A stretch of 60,809 nucleotides of DNA, filler included, from Sluysia triapertura (Eukaryota), in the NCBI GenBank assembly GCA_046118255.1. It is 5 parts of 5 records of this genome, joined end to end, with 100 filler letters (N's around TTAATTAATTAA, not from the genome) between each part and the next. Parts side by side here need not be neighbours in the genome. Positions count along the whole stretch, not along the records: positions 12,967 to 23,834 come from JBJNIA010192361.1; positions 23,935 to 35,561 come from JBJNIA010182701.1; 3 more parts are not named here. The stretch is one strand, 5' to 3'. The notes below the pieces were generated by a model. It was given only the letters and a program-made list of their open reading frames with translations. It searched no databases and was not told the origin of the DNA. Numbering within the stretch: position 1 is the first letter of the stretch; every line of letters begins with the position of its first letter. A program made the position numbers and the translations under genes. This document shows positions 12,967 to 26,600 of the stretch, piece after piece.

Positions 12967-13684
12967 CTTGCATGAACTCGGTCAAACCATACCTTCATCG
13001 AAAGGTCTTTTCAAAACAAATGCATACACAGTTTCAAATTTAACATATCATTCCGCATTCAAAAGTTATTCACAAAAATGTACTTTTTCTTAATTAATTT
13101 TTTAAGATTTATATTAATCTATTTTTAGACTTTATGTTTATATTATGTTTAAAGGTTTTATTGAGGTTTTAAAGTTATTTAGTAGTTTATAATGCATTCA
13201 GGAGGCTGTCGATGTTTTCAACTTCACCTCTCTGATTCCTTTTTCTACTTATTCATATTGATTATGACTATATTAAACATATCTTTATTATTTAAACAAT
13301 GATTTTATTTCTCAAATATTCTAAAGGTTTTATATACTTTATAAAATTACTCAAAGATCTTAGATGCTTATCAAGGTTTCAATACTTAGAGGTTAATAAG
13401 GTCTCAGGTAATCTCAAAATTAACAATCTCAAAAATATTCCAATGCCTCCAAAGTTTTTCCAGGTCCTTTTCAAGGCCCACAAGGTCTCAAACCCTAATA
13501 AAGGTCTTTAGAACCTTATGATATTCTTTAGCTGTTAAGATCATTACAATTATTTCCTTTTTCATGTTTCTTATTTCAACAATGTTTATGATGTCAATCC
13601 ATCACTTGTATAAGTCCTTCCTTGATTTTATAATTATATATGATTGTTACTGATCTCCTGATCTACAGGTGGGCAATCCCAACA
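12967..13684 (-). repeat. Long repeat family C, copy 1 (TGTTGGGAT terminus at 13684)
   Basis: Reverse complement of 24793-25490. Track ORFs 13299-13511 and 24929-25183 give near-identical translations. Confidence 0.9.
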
Positions 13685-14040
13685 CACGTAAAATATAAAA
13701 ATTAATATTATTATGCAACTGCAAGAATAAAATTAAAGTAGTTAATCGGCCTCTATTAAGCTAGATTCTTTACAAATCCTACGAACCATAGGCGAATTCG
13801 CAGCATTAAATTCATTTATTGGTCAATGTAAGTTTAAGTATTTATTCATAGAAACCTGCCAAAATATTCCATTAAAATAAAATGGATTTTGAGTGACATG
13901 CTTTTGAAAAACCAATCTAAAAAGCTATTGATGTAATTATATATACATTAAAGTGCCTTTTATAATCGTTTGTTGGGATAAAAAGGCCTAAGGTGCCATT
14001 TGGTAAAATTGAATATAATAAAATTAAATTGTTAGATGTG

Positions 14041-14084
14041 CTAATAGCTCACGAGAGGTCCCGGGTTCGATCCCTGGTCAGTTC
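14041..14084 (+). pseudogene. tRNA-derived fragment (variable loop and T-arm/B-box); possible SINE head
   Basis: gaggtcccgggttcgatccctgg gives a T stem ccggg/cctgg with a TTCGATC loop. No intact D-arm or acceptor stem is visible. Confidence 0.6.
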
Positions 14085-14848
14085 TTTTATGAAATCTAAT
14101 ACGTTTAATAATTAAATTTTATTTATGATCAAATTTTGTTTGTCTTTATTTCAGAATTTTAAATTAAATAATTTTAAAGGATATTAGCAACGTTTATTAT
14201 ACAAATCAAGGTTACTTAAAAACTTGTAATTGGAATTATATTGCAAGAATTAAATTAAATTACTGACAATGTAAATCAAAAAATTATTTCAAAATTCCTG
14301 ACAAGTTTTCTCCGTAATAATTACAAACAAGATTGTTTACATAAAGCCGAGTTCATGCGAATATATTTTAATCGCAATAAATTTTGGAAAGAAACTTGCA
14401 TTAAGGTTATTCATTCTTTTTTTCTAAAAAAGTATAATTCTTTTATGAGCATTCACAGAAATTGTGTTTTGTAAGTGATTTGAAATGACTTTCCTCAATG
14501 TAACGGATTCATGTCAAAGTCTTATCTCAATTTAGAATCTTCAAAAGATAATAATCTCACCTTAAATTTAAAATTATACTTAGTATCATACATAATTCTC
14601 ATTATTTAAGTGAAACGAACTCATTCAATGTAATTTTTATTTCTTTGGTCATTCATAATGTAATTTTAATAACATAGCTTTAAATTCTTTTGTTTATATA
14701 ATCTTTTACAAAATAACAATCTTTATTATTTATAGTATCATATAAAGTATTGATGTTCTTTAAATTTCAATTTTAAATTCAAATAAAAATATATTTTAAT
14801 ACATTTTTTATAAAATTGTTAATTAATTACAATTCATTTTGTGTTACA

Positions 14849-15343
14849 ATGTCTCAAATGGTTCCCACAGGTTATATTATATCAGATATTTTTAGTGAAG
14901 CTTCAAATGCTTTTGCTCAATTGGCTAAGTTAACAACATCTTTAAAAGAGAGTAATTGTAATAATTCTGTAAGAAAATGGGACGAAGAAGATATAAACTT
15001 ATTTTATAATAATATCAAACGTTTTTCAGCCGATTTGAATAATCTTACTACTCGAATTGAAAATAAATTAAAAAATCAAATGAATTCAGAAATTGAACGT
15101 AAAATTTTAAATGTGAGCATAGTCTTATAATTGTGAAATTGATAAAAATTTTACACAACTCTATGAATAAATTATTTAGGAAAACGGATTTGGAAAAGAA
15201 GATTACCTTACTTCATCATCAAAACAATATTTTACAAATCCTGCAGCTACAGCAACATTAAGTGAACAAGTAATACAATTTTATTTACATTAATATTCTT
15301 TTGTAAGGACGATTATAATGATTCAGATGATGGGATGGACTGA
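14849..15343 (+). CDS. BAP18: Chromatin complexes subunit BAP18 (C17orf49) homolog; exons 14849-15112, 15180-15269, 15308-15343
   Basis: ISDIFSEASNAFAQLAKLTTSL...KWDEEDINLFYNNIKRFSADLNNL aligns with the recalled BAP18 VGEIFSAAGAAFTKLGELTMQL...KWTETEIEMLRAAVKRFGDDLNHI. Two phase-0 GT-AG introns (67 and 38 nt); TGA stop. Confidence 0.88.
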
Positions 15344-16101
15344 AGGCATTTTATTTAATCACTTTCTAATTCATCGTCATTGTCAGGAACATATTGTGTA
15401 TCATCGTCATATTCCTATGTAAAGATATAAATAATTAATTAATGTTGTATTTATTAAAATGAATATAATTTAAAGTTATTATTGCATACTAAAATTCGGA
15501 TTAAATGAGGTTGAATTTGGGAAGCTTTTCGCTAGTTCAATTAGGTGCTAGATTATTTTACGATGTTTTGTTATTTGTTAAAATGTTATTATGACATGTT
15601 TAACCATGAATATTAAATACTCAAAAAATTTACTTAAATTACTTATCTAATTCATAATATCGCAATTACATTTGGAGTTCATTTGATTCTGTTAAATTTA
15701 AATCAGCTCTTTAAATGCGTTGTATTAATTTTCATAAAGACCAAAATGTTATGCCTTTGTGTTTTATATTTTTGAAAAGATGCCTTCAAAATACAGTACA
15801 TTATGATAAAAATCTTCCAAAAATTGTGATGATCCAACTGCACACAAATTCTAAAAATATGTTCCTTGGTATAATTCTAAAATTTAAATTCACTAGATTA
15901 TAAACAAAATTAAACTCTGGTATCTTTCCACCAAATTTAGCACTGTTTTCGGTTGATATTATAGAGTATGATGTTATTTCTTAGTACCGTCTGCAAAAGA
16001 TACAAATGATTTGTTCTAGATCATCTTGATAATGTGGACATGCCATTCTTTTAGTCATTCAGTTCAAACCTTCATTTGTCATTATATGCATATATATAGA
16101 A

Positions 16102-16572
16102 CACGAGTGGCCAAACTGCGGCTCTCGATAAATGTACCCTTTTCATTTTTGTATGATTATATTTTAAAAAATTATTATCGTTCCGTATGTGTTTCAAAAT
16201 TTCTTAAATTTGAAAGTTTAAGTGGAACAAATTTTATTTGTTGCCAAAAAAAGCAGTAATAGAATTTAAAGTATACAACCAGTACTATCAGAGAATGCCA
16301 AATTACTGGAAGAATATGAAATATATAAGAAAAAGGTAAAGTTGTTTCTGTTTCAAAAATATTATAGTGAATGATTTATTTTAAGCGCTTTTGAGTACTT
16401 ACTTTGTAGTAGATATGATCGCAATATAAATTAATATATTATTATTATATTTCCGTCCAAGTTAAGAATGATATGCCTCATCGAAAAAAAATTTTAAGGC
16501 CTTTTTGCGGCTCGCGAAAAATTTCAAATTTTGAAAAATGCTTCAGACTGTGAAGGAGCTTGGCCACCCTTG
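16102..16572. mobile_element. Non-autonomous hAT (Charlie-like) element with perfect 8-bp TSD
   Basis: Ends cacgagtggccaaac / gcttggccacccttg; TSD atatagaa at 16094-16101 and 16573-16580; subterminal gcggctc motifs. Confidence 0.9.
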
Positions 16573-19239
16573 ATATAGAACTAATAAATGAATGATTTTA
16601 TTGGTATATTTCAGTTTTAGATCCACATTATTTAGTATAACGTTCATGAATAACGCAATTGTTTTAATTTTTAATGCTACATAATGACTGGTCTTCTACA
16701 CTCGTGTTAAAGTTTATCTCTTTAACTGGAAAATGAAACTGATACAATCGTTTTAAATAAACGAAATTAAAATAAAATTTATTATACTTATAATTGAATT
16801 TTTATTAAAATTATTTTTCAATGTCACAAAAATAGCAGCAAAAATGTTTTAAATGTCACTACAATGTTATAATTTTAGTAGATACTTGTGCAAATCATTG
16901 TGCTGCGAAGATACCTTTTTGAAATACACCTGTTTATCTAAAAGATAATATTATTGTTTTGAAATTATAAACGGTTTACCTTTGAAGGTTAACGTTCAAG
17001 ATAATGAATCTAAGTCAATGTTATAGAAAATTTAGAACCTACTGAAAGTGATTTAAACAATTATTGTCAGATGTCATATAGTTCTACATACAAAAGTAAA
17101 CGCTTAGGTGATCTTTATTTTGATCCTTTTATGTAAATAACTGTTTGTTTTTAACAGGAATGCGCAGTGTGGAAATTATTGTTAATTTGCGGAGATTATA
17201 ATTAAATATTTTTCTTCTATTTATTTATACTTATCTTACAAAATGAATCAAATATGGGTTCGCCTGTAGAAAAAATAATTTTAATTCTTACTGAAGACGT
17301 TCCTGTAGAATTTTATAAAATGAGGATTGAAATAAGTCAATCTATGACTTATTTATTATTTCAGTGTTATCTAATTAGCTCTTAAAGAATTGGTTTAATG
17401 TTTGATCACTTTCATCAAAAATAAGTTCACATTTTTTATCATTAATGTGAATTACTTTGATTGTTTTAATATTCTTGACAAAATAGACTTATCTCTGTAA
17501 AATTTAAAAATTTTGACTATTTAAAATTCTTAACTTAAACAAAGAAAAAATGAATCCAAACTAAGTTAATTTTTGAATGGATTTTAAAAATGATTTTAAT
17601 CCTAGATTTAAATTAAGAACAAAACTTATAAATAATACAACCTAATCATAAAAAAACTTAATCAGAAAAAAACAGATATTGTTTGATAATTGTATTTGGA
17701 ATATCCTCAGAGGAAAATTTTAATCCGCGTCACACTGTGTTCTTAGAATATAAATCTTGTTGGATGACATTTATATTAGAAAATAAATTCTATTGAATCG
17801 CGCCATTTTCAGAAGCAATAGATCGAAGAAAAATGTTTATGAGTTTAACTGGTAAAATTGTAATTACTATTATTATTTTTATTCTGGTTAAAATTTAAAC
17901 AACCAATTAAACAACCTTTAAAACAATAACAAATAAAGAACAAAAGATTGTCATTAAATAACATCACAGTGATGGAAGAACAATTGCACTGATTGAATGG
18001 AGAAATTTCTTGTAATAGATTATACAAAATCATAAATATACAAATCATTTAATAATGACTTACCAAAGACCAAATAATACAAATTTTTAATAACTTTTAC
18101 ATCACTAAAGGATCATTTGGTGGAATTAGTAATCCAAATAATAATGCTATGTATTTGTGTAAACGATGTTACCAATGCAAATATGAGAAGTTGATGATTG
18201 TGTAGAAACAAAAAACGATTGTGACGCATATTAACCCACGACTGAGAATCTGTACCTACTGCGGAACCTTTCTTATTTATATTATTATTAATTATTTGAC
18301 ATTAATTAATCGACTCCGCGGTTTTTGTCACCATCATCAGTGCCATTATTGTGAACTATTTGTCCAACAGTTTTTGGTGCACTTTCGATTTATTATCATT
18401 TTGACACAGTTAAGGATAATTCTGCTGCTGCAATATCATTTCCTGAAGTTCGGAAAACAAACATTTTCATTTCCGTTTTTTATGGATAAATCCCGTATCA
18501 ATTTGTGTCACTTGGTACACCACTAAAATATATTGAGTTAAATTGCACATAAAGTAAATTTGAACGTCGCATAATCCATTATTACCTATTCGTAGCCATA
18601 TTGGATTTTGTTATTGATGTGAGTTTGATGGCGATGTGATACCTGTTGTTCTGTGGTATATCGAATGTGATGAGTCATGTGTAACATTCATTTTTTATGC
18701 CAACATTTATATCTAATAAAAATGAGTGTGAAGATTATAGTCGTTGATATACACAATAGTTTCATAAAAAACTAATATCTTCCATAGGTTGTTATGTGTT
18801 ATCAAATTTGGATTCATTTAATAATGTAGAATTCTTAGTTAGAATATAAGGAGGATTATCGTCTGTATCTGAAGAACCTTTCTATATTTAGAAATTTGCT
18901 TTCAGAATTCAATACACGATCAATAAAATTCATGTAAATACAGTAAGAATAAAAATAAGTGGCTACGTTAATTAGAACAAGAACTAAAAACGTAGAAATA
19001 GAAAGTTCACAAATACCAATAACATAACAACAATTGTTATAACAATAATTTTAAATTGTATAATATTATAAAAGTAAGTTATGTTTGTTGTTAAGAACAT
19101 ATATTGAATTTGAGTTGTGGTGTAATGTATGTATGTTATGTATGTTGTTTGATGATTTGATAAATGTATTAGATTGCGTTGAAATTTGTTTAAGTTTTTG
19201 TTTATTGTAAAAGTGTTGAATTTTGTTATCATTGTGTTG

Positions 19240-21050
19240 AGCTCACGACAGACACCTTATATAGTACCATATCATCTACAATTAACTTTGTTCCGTGTAT
19301 TTTAGCATTGTGGACTTTTCTTTATTAATTTTCGAATATTTATTCTAACTTTTTATCATTTTAGTTATTAATTCGGTTATTTTACTTGTATTACTGTATT
19401 ATCTCGACACCCACCGTTCATTTTCAAGGCTTTTCACAAGTAACACAAATTAACCTGTAATTTCTGATAATGAGTGGTCGTTTTCCTGTGTTACGGTGAC
19501 AACGTTGTGCAAACGTGTCCAAGAATAAGTTGTAAAGAACGGAATGTTTATATTTAAAAGCTTCTAAGAAATAAAAATTATTTCACCAGAACTCTCAAAA
19601 GGTTTCGTTGTATGTTTGAGAATTTTAAATTAAATGATTTAAATTCGAATTTTTAAGATTAACGTTTGCTGCAAAACTCATGTTACAAAAAAATAGCACG
19701 AATTAATGCTTATTGTATAACAAATAGAGCAAACATCGTACTTCTACATATTACTTTTATTCGAATTTCGTTCTGGAATCGTTAATATAAACTTTAAGAG
19801 AACTGAAGTCAGATTTTGCTTTTACTGAGTTCAGTTCAAGTCATTTCATTTCGAAAATCGAATATTGATCAAAGTACATTAATTTTTAAACTTTTTCTAA
19901 AATACTAGCAGCACCGCGAATTGATGCATTTTCAAATTTAGCAAACATTTTGAAATTCTTTATTAATTGTTCTTCACAATTCCTATCATGAATGCAATTA
20001 GAATTTTCTTTAATAACACATGTAACCTTTGTCTTGGAAAAAAGTAACAAATTTACACTTTTTTTCATCCTTTATCGTAACATGATTTCATCATTATTGT
20101 ATAATATCCGCTGTAATATTCGCTAAACACGTTCTCTACATCGATGTCTTCTATAGTTGACAAGTATCGACATATATTTCTATTATCTTATCACTTTGGA
20201 AAATTTTCTTGATGAGAATAACACAATTTTAGCTTTATACTAAGACCAGCTTCAAAATTAGAACTTGAAACATATATCCCAAACTCTTGCTATTCCAAAC
20301 TTCAATATTCTATCTTCCACAGTTATCGAATCTTTTAGCCATGTATTCTTACTAAATTTGATATTACGTAATATAAGAGTCTTTAATAACATATATAACT
20401 AATCGTTTTATTTTTTCCAGTGGGATCAAACTAAATTTATTTATAAGGTATTATAGCAAAATCATCACATTCTGACGTTGTCCAATGAAACTGAAATTTT
20501 TTACAGATTATCTGTAACTATGTTAACTCTCTATCAAGAACATGTTTAATCTGAAATGAATAATCATGCAATCTAATAACTATCTTTGCATTCTAGCTTT
20601 AACTTTATTAAAAATTTATACAAAAATTATATATACAAAAAAATATACGCCAGTATTGACCTAAAATATCCAATCTAAACACATACATTAACATTCCTTC
20701 TCTATTAGGGCATACCTAATTAGTTCTTCATATGGCAGTAACATTGTTTCTAATCCATATACATTAGTACTTGTTGCAATTAATCATTTGCAAAATAACC
20801 CATCAAACTGTGAGAATATCTTAGCAATCACCAAATTTTTTTCAAATATGACACTTGGAAAGCAATATATCTAAAACCGATTCATAATATTCTACTTATT
20901 CAATATACAGTTACAGTTCAGCAAACGACATTTTAATCTTAAAATCCATAGTCTTAATAAAGTTTTTCAGCTAAGACATCATCATTTATGAACAAATAAC
21001 ACGAAATCCAGCAAATAACAACTGTCCGCGCACGAATACCGGAACTTTCT
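19240..21050 (-). mobile_element. Heavily decayed non-LTR retrotransposon debris
   Basis: Short minus-strand remnants only: AKIHGTKLIVD (ORF1-like), LMYGLETMLL (like LLYGxETW) and DDVLA. Confidence 0.3.
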
Positions 21051-21934
21051 TAATATTCAATCTCGAAACTTTAAATTATCTTTATTACAGATTTTTACCT
21101 TTAAATCCAGCTGTTTCCATCTAATTTCAGAGAATGTAATTTCCAGCATTATAATCATTATGGAACCAGTAAAACATTAACTTTAAATGTAAATCCATAT
21201 AAGTGTTGTATTCGTAATATGCAAATTCAAATTTTTAATTGGCAAAATTTACAATTAACACGTTGAATACCATGCTAATTTTACATTGCTTGCCCGCCTG
21301 GCCAAAATGAATTTCTCAGTATGTGTGCTTCTAATAATCTTGGCTTCGCCGGTCACCGGTGACTTCCATGGCATTCAACGTGTTTTTATTTTTATTATTA
21401 ACCTGATACATTTAACATTAAGTTTACCAGTTAAAACTTGTCACTGATATATTTCTAATTGTCACTTTTCTGATTACCCAGATCAAAATAACTACACATA
21501 TTTCCGAATCGATTTCAACATCAATATGTAAATTGTCTCCCTTATCACACGGTATTATACGTTGAAGTTCGGCTTTTTAAAAGGATCACTTTTTATCAGC
21601 TCTCTTCAAAAGTACGATCACAAAGTGAAACCTCAATTATTGTTCCGAAATATGATCACATTCGACCCCAAATGCAAAATGTAAATTCTTTTATACAATT
21701 GAGCTTATTTTTCTTTGCTTGATAAAATAATGATGATCCAAAATATTTATCAAATTTGACCTGTATAAAGTAATTTTTGATTTTCATTTGAAGAATTAAT
21801 ATATAAATGATCTCTTGCAAGGGAACTTATCTGATAGAACCTATCCTTGTATATAATGACCAAATGCTTACCCCAGCCGCCACCAAACATTGATTCCTCC
21901 ATACTTCATGACTCATTTGACTTCACATTATTTT

Positions 21935-22185
21935 CTTTCTTTAAAATATTAAATAGATCATGATCTAGTGTATCAAAAACAACAGACACATCTAAGAATG
22001 ATTAAGGCTAAAACTACATCATAATTTATTCTTAAAATAGCTGATTCTGTGGAATGATAGGCTACTTAAGCAGATTGATTCATCGTTATCGATTTATTTT
22101 AGTCTAAAAATTGTGACAATTTTATGAGACATCTTTTTCAAGCTATTTTCATAGAAATGTCATATTTTACATAGGTGTATATAAT
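21935..22185 (-). mobile_element. L2/CR1-clade LINE reverse transcriptase fragment
   Basis: YTPM*NMTFL*K*LEK (like YRPVSNLxFLSKILEK), NQSA*VAYHSTESAILRINYD (like QSAYRxxHSTETALLRVxND), FLDVSVVFDTLDH (like LLDLSAAFDTVDH). Confidence 0.85.
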
Positions 22186-22253
22186 TATAGAATATATTTT
22201 TTCGGATATTTGATATGAAATAAGGCAAAAAACTTTAAAAAAGCAGCACTAAC

Positions 22254-22400
22254 GGGTTCATAGGCGATTTCTTTTTTAACTATATTTGCTTTTTTGATTG
22301 GTTTTAATTTAGGCATTATAGACACGGGTTTGATCACCTTCATTTTCGGTGGGATGTTTGTTGAAGAACTTCGTTGAACTTTCATCAGAGCTGTTGTTGC
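22254..22400 (-). CDS. Orphan internal exon, Lys/Pro-rich, unknown protein
   Basis: ccag acceptor and gttag donor; 147 nt, phase 0-0; ATTALMKVQRSSSTNIPPKMKVIKPVSIMPKLKPIKKANIVKKEIAYEP. Confidence 0.45.
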
Positions 22401-23439
22401 CTGGTAAATATTAAACAAACGTTTATTTATTATTTAGATATAGATATTTCAAACACAAAATTTATGTGCATTGTGCAATAAATAAATTAACTGATTTTAT
22501 TTTGTAAGTAATCCATATATAGTCTTTATAAGCTTTTTGAATAAATTACTATGACGAATTTCAATGAGATAAATTGGTAGTTACAAAACATGGGGTTTTC
22601 CAAAATTTAATTATCCAACATGAAACTAAATTTAAGTTTAGGTAGTAAAAAATAACACTTTTATTGGAATTTTCACTTGGAACAAGAATAACCAACTGAC
22701 AGGTATTATTCTTAACCCATTCTCATTTGGGACACTGTTGCTTTTTTCAAAATGGTGATAAAAATGCATTTCAAAAGAAATCTATGTAATACCCATTAGG
22801 GAACACATTAATTTTCAATACAATTACTATCTAATTAACCCTTTACTACAGGTATATATTTAATAGACAAGTCGTTCATATGCGAAAAAAAACAAAAAAT
22901 AAAAATTATTTATTTTGTTTTAGAACAATATTTTAACAACAAATAAAATTTAAAACATTATTATCCTTGTGTAAGTTGATCTCCTTGCAATTTGAAGCTG
23001 TTTCTGTGTCTATTTTTGGTGTAAGATGAAAATTTCGGTTACCAAATTTAAAATTTCAACTGGAGTTTTGCGTATGTTTCAGTTTAACCTCCTAGTAGAA
23101 ATTCCACAAAAAGAAACTCCTAAAATGTATTATTATTTTTTGGTACGGAATAGAAATTCGACTTATGTAGATATGTATATTTCTGTAACTCATATTTTTG
23201 CCTCTAAAATAAAATACAGTGTCTATCTTCTTCCATAAGTTGAACTTCTTCAAATTTGAAATTTTCTCAATACTTATTTTAGATATTAAATGGAAATAAT
23301 TCTTTATAATTAGACCACATAGTAATAAATTATGTGAGTTCCTGCGCGTCTAAATGAAGTCAGATATTCATAATATAATTAAGCGACACCACAGCAATTT
23401 ATCAGATCGCCGTACCTCACATTTATTTCTAATCGAAAT

Positions 23440-23790
23440 ATAGTTAATATTGCTGAGTGTTTTGCTAACCTACAGCAAAATAGTTAATTACTATGAGTCC
23501 GTTTACAGTATACGACTTACCCATGGTGTGACTGTAAAAATTACGTGAAAGCAATTATCAAAATTAACTCGTGCAAGAGTAATCTTCGCCGTAACCTAAC
23601 AATAATGGATAAAATCGTCCAGAATTAACAACTAATAACTTAAAAAACTAATTAACTAATTAAAACCAACGTTAACTCAACAGGTATTTGAATTAAAATT
23701 AAGTAAATAACTATGATATATGAATGCGCTCTTATCTCCAAGCTCTATTACTATGATCGTTAAAATTTTTATGAAATTAATATCAAATTG
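23440..23790. repeat. Unclassified repeat family B, copy
   Basis: Colinear with 10070-10420. Confidence 0.75.
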
Positions 23791-23834
23791 AACGTAATTC
23801 TTATTTCTTAATAATAACAAACAAAATAAAATAT

Positions 23835-23934
23835 NNNNNNNNNNNNNNNNNNNNNNNNNNNNNNNNNNNNNNNNNNNNTTAATTAATTAANNNNNNNNNN
23901 NNNNNNNNNNNNNNNNNNNNNNNNNNNNNNNNNN
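23835..23934. other. Artificial contig linker
   Basis: Same 44N-TTAATTAATTAA-44N structure. Confidence 0.97.
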
Positions 23935-24792
23935 ATATATAATTTATAATTAATATATAAAATTTAAAAGTAATATATCTAATATTTTACAAAATAAATT
24001 ATGCAACTATTTTACTAGAGTTAGTTAAAATTATATTTGATTTTATAGATAGTTAAAACTATATTTGTTTAAATTAGTACTAATTTAAATTTGTTTAATA
24101 ACCTAGACCTTTAAGGTCAAAGTTATTGAAAATACTATATAGCTACAAACTTTATACAATAATTTTAACACAAAAATTTGTATAAATCACCGTACGTTGT
24201 CTTTACAATAAAAATTTGATTGTATTTTCTAAAGCCATTATTTAAATCATATATCAAACCTTTTGTATCTGACACGAATACTTCTAAATCGCTAATTTTA
24301 TTTGATAAGATTTTTTTGCATGTATATAATAAATTGTTGAGGAAAGTATTACTTAAAATTAAAATTTATTACCTTTAGTGTTATTATTTAATAAAGATAG
24401 CCAATAATAAAGATAAATAATTGCTAAATTATAATTCGAAAAGATTGTTGAATCAAAATAATTTTAATAAAATATTTTATCTATAATTATAATTTTTATT
24501 ATCTGTTACGATTTATTTTCGAGTATTTATTAATAAATTTATCCAATTATTTAATTAATTTTGAAGAAATCGGACTAAAACCATATGCATAATATAGAAC
24601 TATAAAAGAATAAATTAATAAATTTTCATCAGATTTGATTTAACAAAAAACCAAGATAAACTATTAAATTGAGAAATGTTCTGTTAACGTGAATTGATTA
24701 GATTCTCTCAAACTCCTCACTACAATTTTTACTTAGAATAGAATTGTACTGTTGGGGTATAGGCCTAAGGTGCCATTTGGTGTAAATGAATA

Positions 24793-26600
24793 TGTTGGGA
24801 TTCACAAGTATGTGTCAGGAAATGAGGGAAAAACCTATGGAGTTATAAAATGAAGAGATCACTGGTAAAAATTAATGGATTTCACATTGTGAACATTGTC
24901 GAAATTAGAATCATGAAAATAAAAACATCTATAGTAATTTTAAGAGCTCAAGAATATTTTGACATTCCAAAGACCTACATAACTTGCCGAGACTTAGTGG
25001 AGGCTTGAAGAGGACTTGAAAAACCGTTGAAGGTTTTAGAACATCTTTGATTTTGTTAATTTTGAAATCATCTAAGACTCTATTAACCTTTAAGTATTCT
25101 GGAAACCTTGATAAGCATCTAAGATCGTTGAGTAATATTATAAAGTGTATAAAACCTTTAAAATATTTGAGAAATAAAATCATTGTTCAAGATAATAAAG
25201 ATAAGTTTAACATAGTAATAATTAACATGAAGAAGTAGAAAAAGGAATCAGGTGAAAAATCTAGAGCCTCCTGAGTGCCTTAGGACCTTAATAAAACCTT
25301 TAAACGTAGAATAAGATTAAGTCTAAAAATAGAATTAATTAATTAAAAATCGTAATTAACTTAATTAAGAAAAAGTACGTTTTTGTGAATAATGTTTGAT
25401 TGCAGAATGCTATGTTACATTTGAAACTGTGTATGTATTTGTTTGAAAAGACCTTTCGATGAAGGCACGGTCGACCGAGTTCATGCAAGAAAAGTCACAT
25501 TTTAATTAAATTTTAATTATGGAATGTTGAATCTGTTATACTTAGAGTGATGCAAATGTGATGAATGGAATATGAGATGATTACTATGGAAGATGAGAAT
25601 CTGTAGGTGAGTTCGAAGTGTTTGTAAAATGGTTCGTTAGAAAAATGGGTGTGGAAAATAGAAAATTAATTAAATAATAGAAAGCGAAATTAAATTCATT
25701 ATTTTTATGTATGTTAACAGTATTGCTGATTGTTATTTTAATGTGAGAAATAATTCAAGTAAAAATAGATTGAGTAGAGTAAAAGGAAATGATGATTAAT
25801 AATAAATCTGATTTCTATGTTTGTACCTAATAGAGTTTGACAGACCGTACCATGTAGTTGTCAAAGTTGTTATTGTAGGTTTGATTCTCAAAGCGGTTTG
25901 GATTATTTGTGTGAGAGTGTTTGGTTGTGAGATTGGATTGATTGGATGATGAGAGAGTATAAAATAAAGATTTCTAAATTTTTACAACACAATAGTAGTA
26001 GTGATCCACTAGTAGTGATACGAAGATCCATGTATGCGGTAAATTTTTTGTATCGTTAATTTTATTTTATTTAAATTCAGGGATAAATTTTATTTGAATT
26101 TGATTTTTTTAAATAATTTTGTGGGAAACGGCCCGGTAATTTTCATAAATTTTTAATACTAATCGAATAATTTATTGCTAAATATTTTGTGAGATTTTTT
26201 CTAGGAAACACCTTTTTAAATTCTCTTTCTATTCAGTTATTTTAAGGAGATTTTACAGACAATTCCCTATGCAATTTTTGTTAGCGATAATATTTAATTA
26301 TTAGACATTTTTTAAGATATTTTTAGAAGAAAATCCCTACGTAATTTAATTTATCAAAATACAAAGTGTTTTATCTTTAAAAATTATTGTTAAGTTATTT
26401 CATTAATTTCTTTAAAGTTATTGTTACCAAAAAATTTTATTGTAATCGTGTTCACTTTTTGTTACATTGGCCTAAAATATTTAAATAACATAATTACCAT
26501 TAATTTTCTAGATATTATTAGTGTCTGTTGCGTCACTTCTGGTTGTTTTTATTGAAAAGAAATTGTAATATTTTTCGTTATTATTGTAATCGCTATTTTA
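24793..26600 (+). repeat. Long repeat family C, copy 2 (possibly LTR-type; CCAAT- and TATA-like motifs at about 25930-25965)
   Basis: Homologous to 12967-13684 and inverted relative to about 29050-30260; begins tgttgggat. The right boundary is approximate. Confidence 0.8.

Noticed and set aside
16860-17210. Possible small spliced gene downstream of the hAT element
   Set aside because: No phase-consistent, stop-free exon chain on either strand.
24793-25989. Solo LTR TGTTG...CAACA with near-TSD gaata/caata
   Set aside because: Similarity to copy 3 continues past 25989, so this is probably not the element end.
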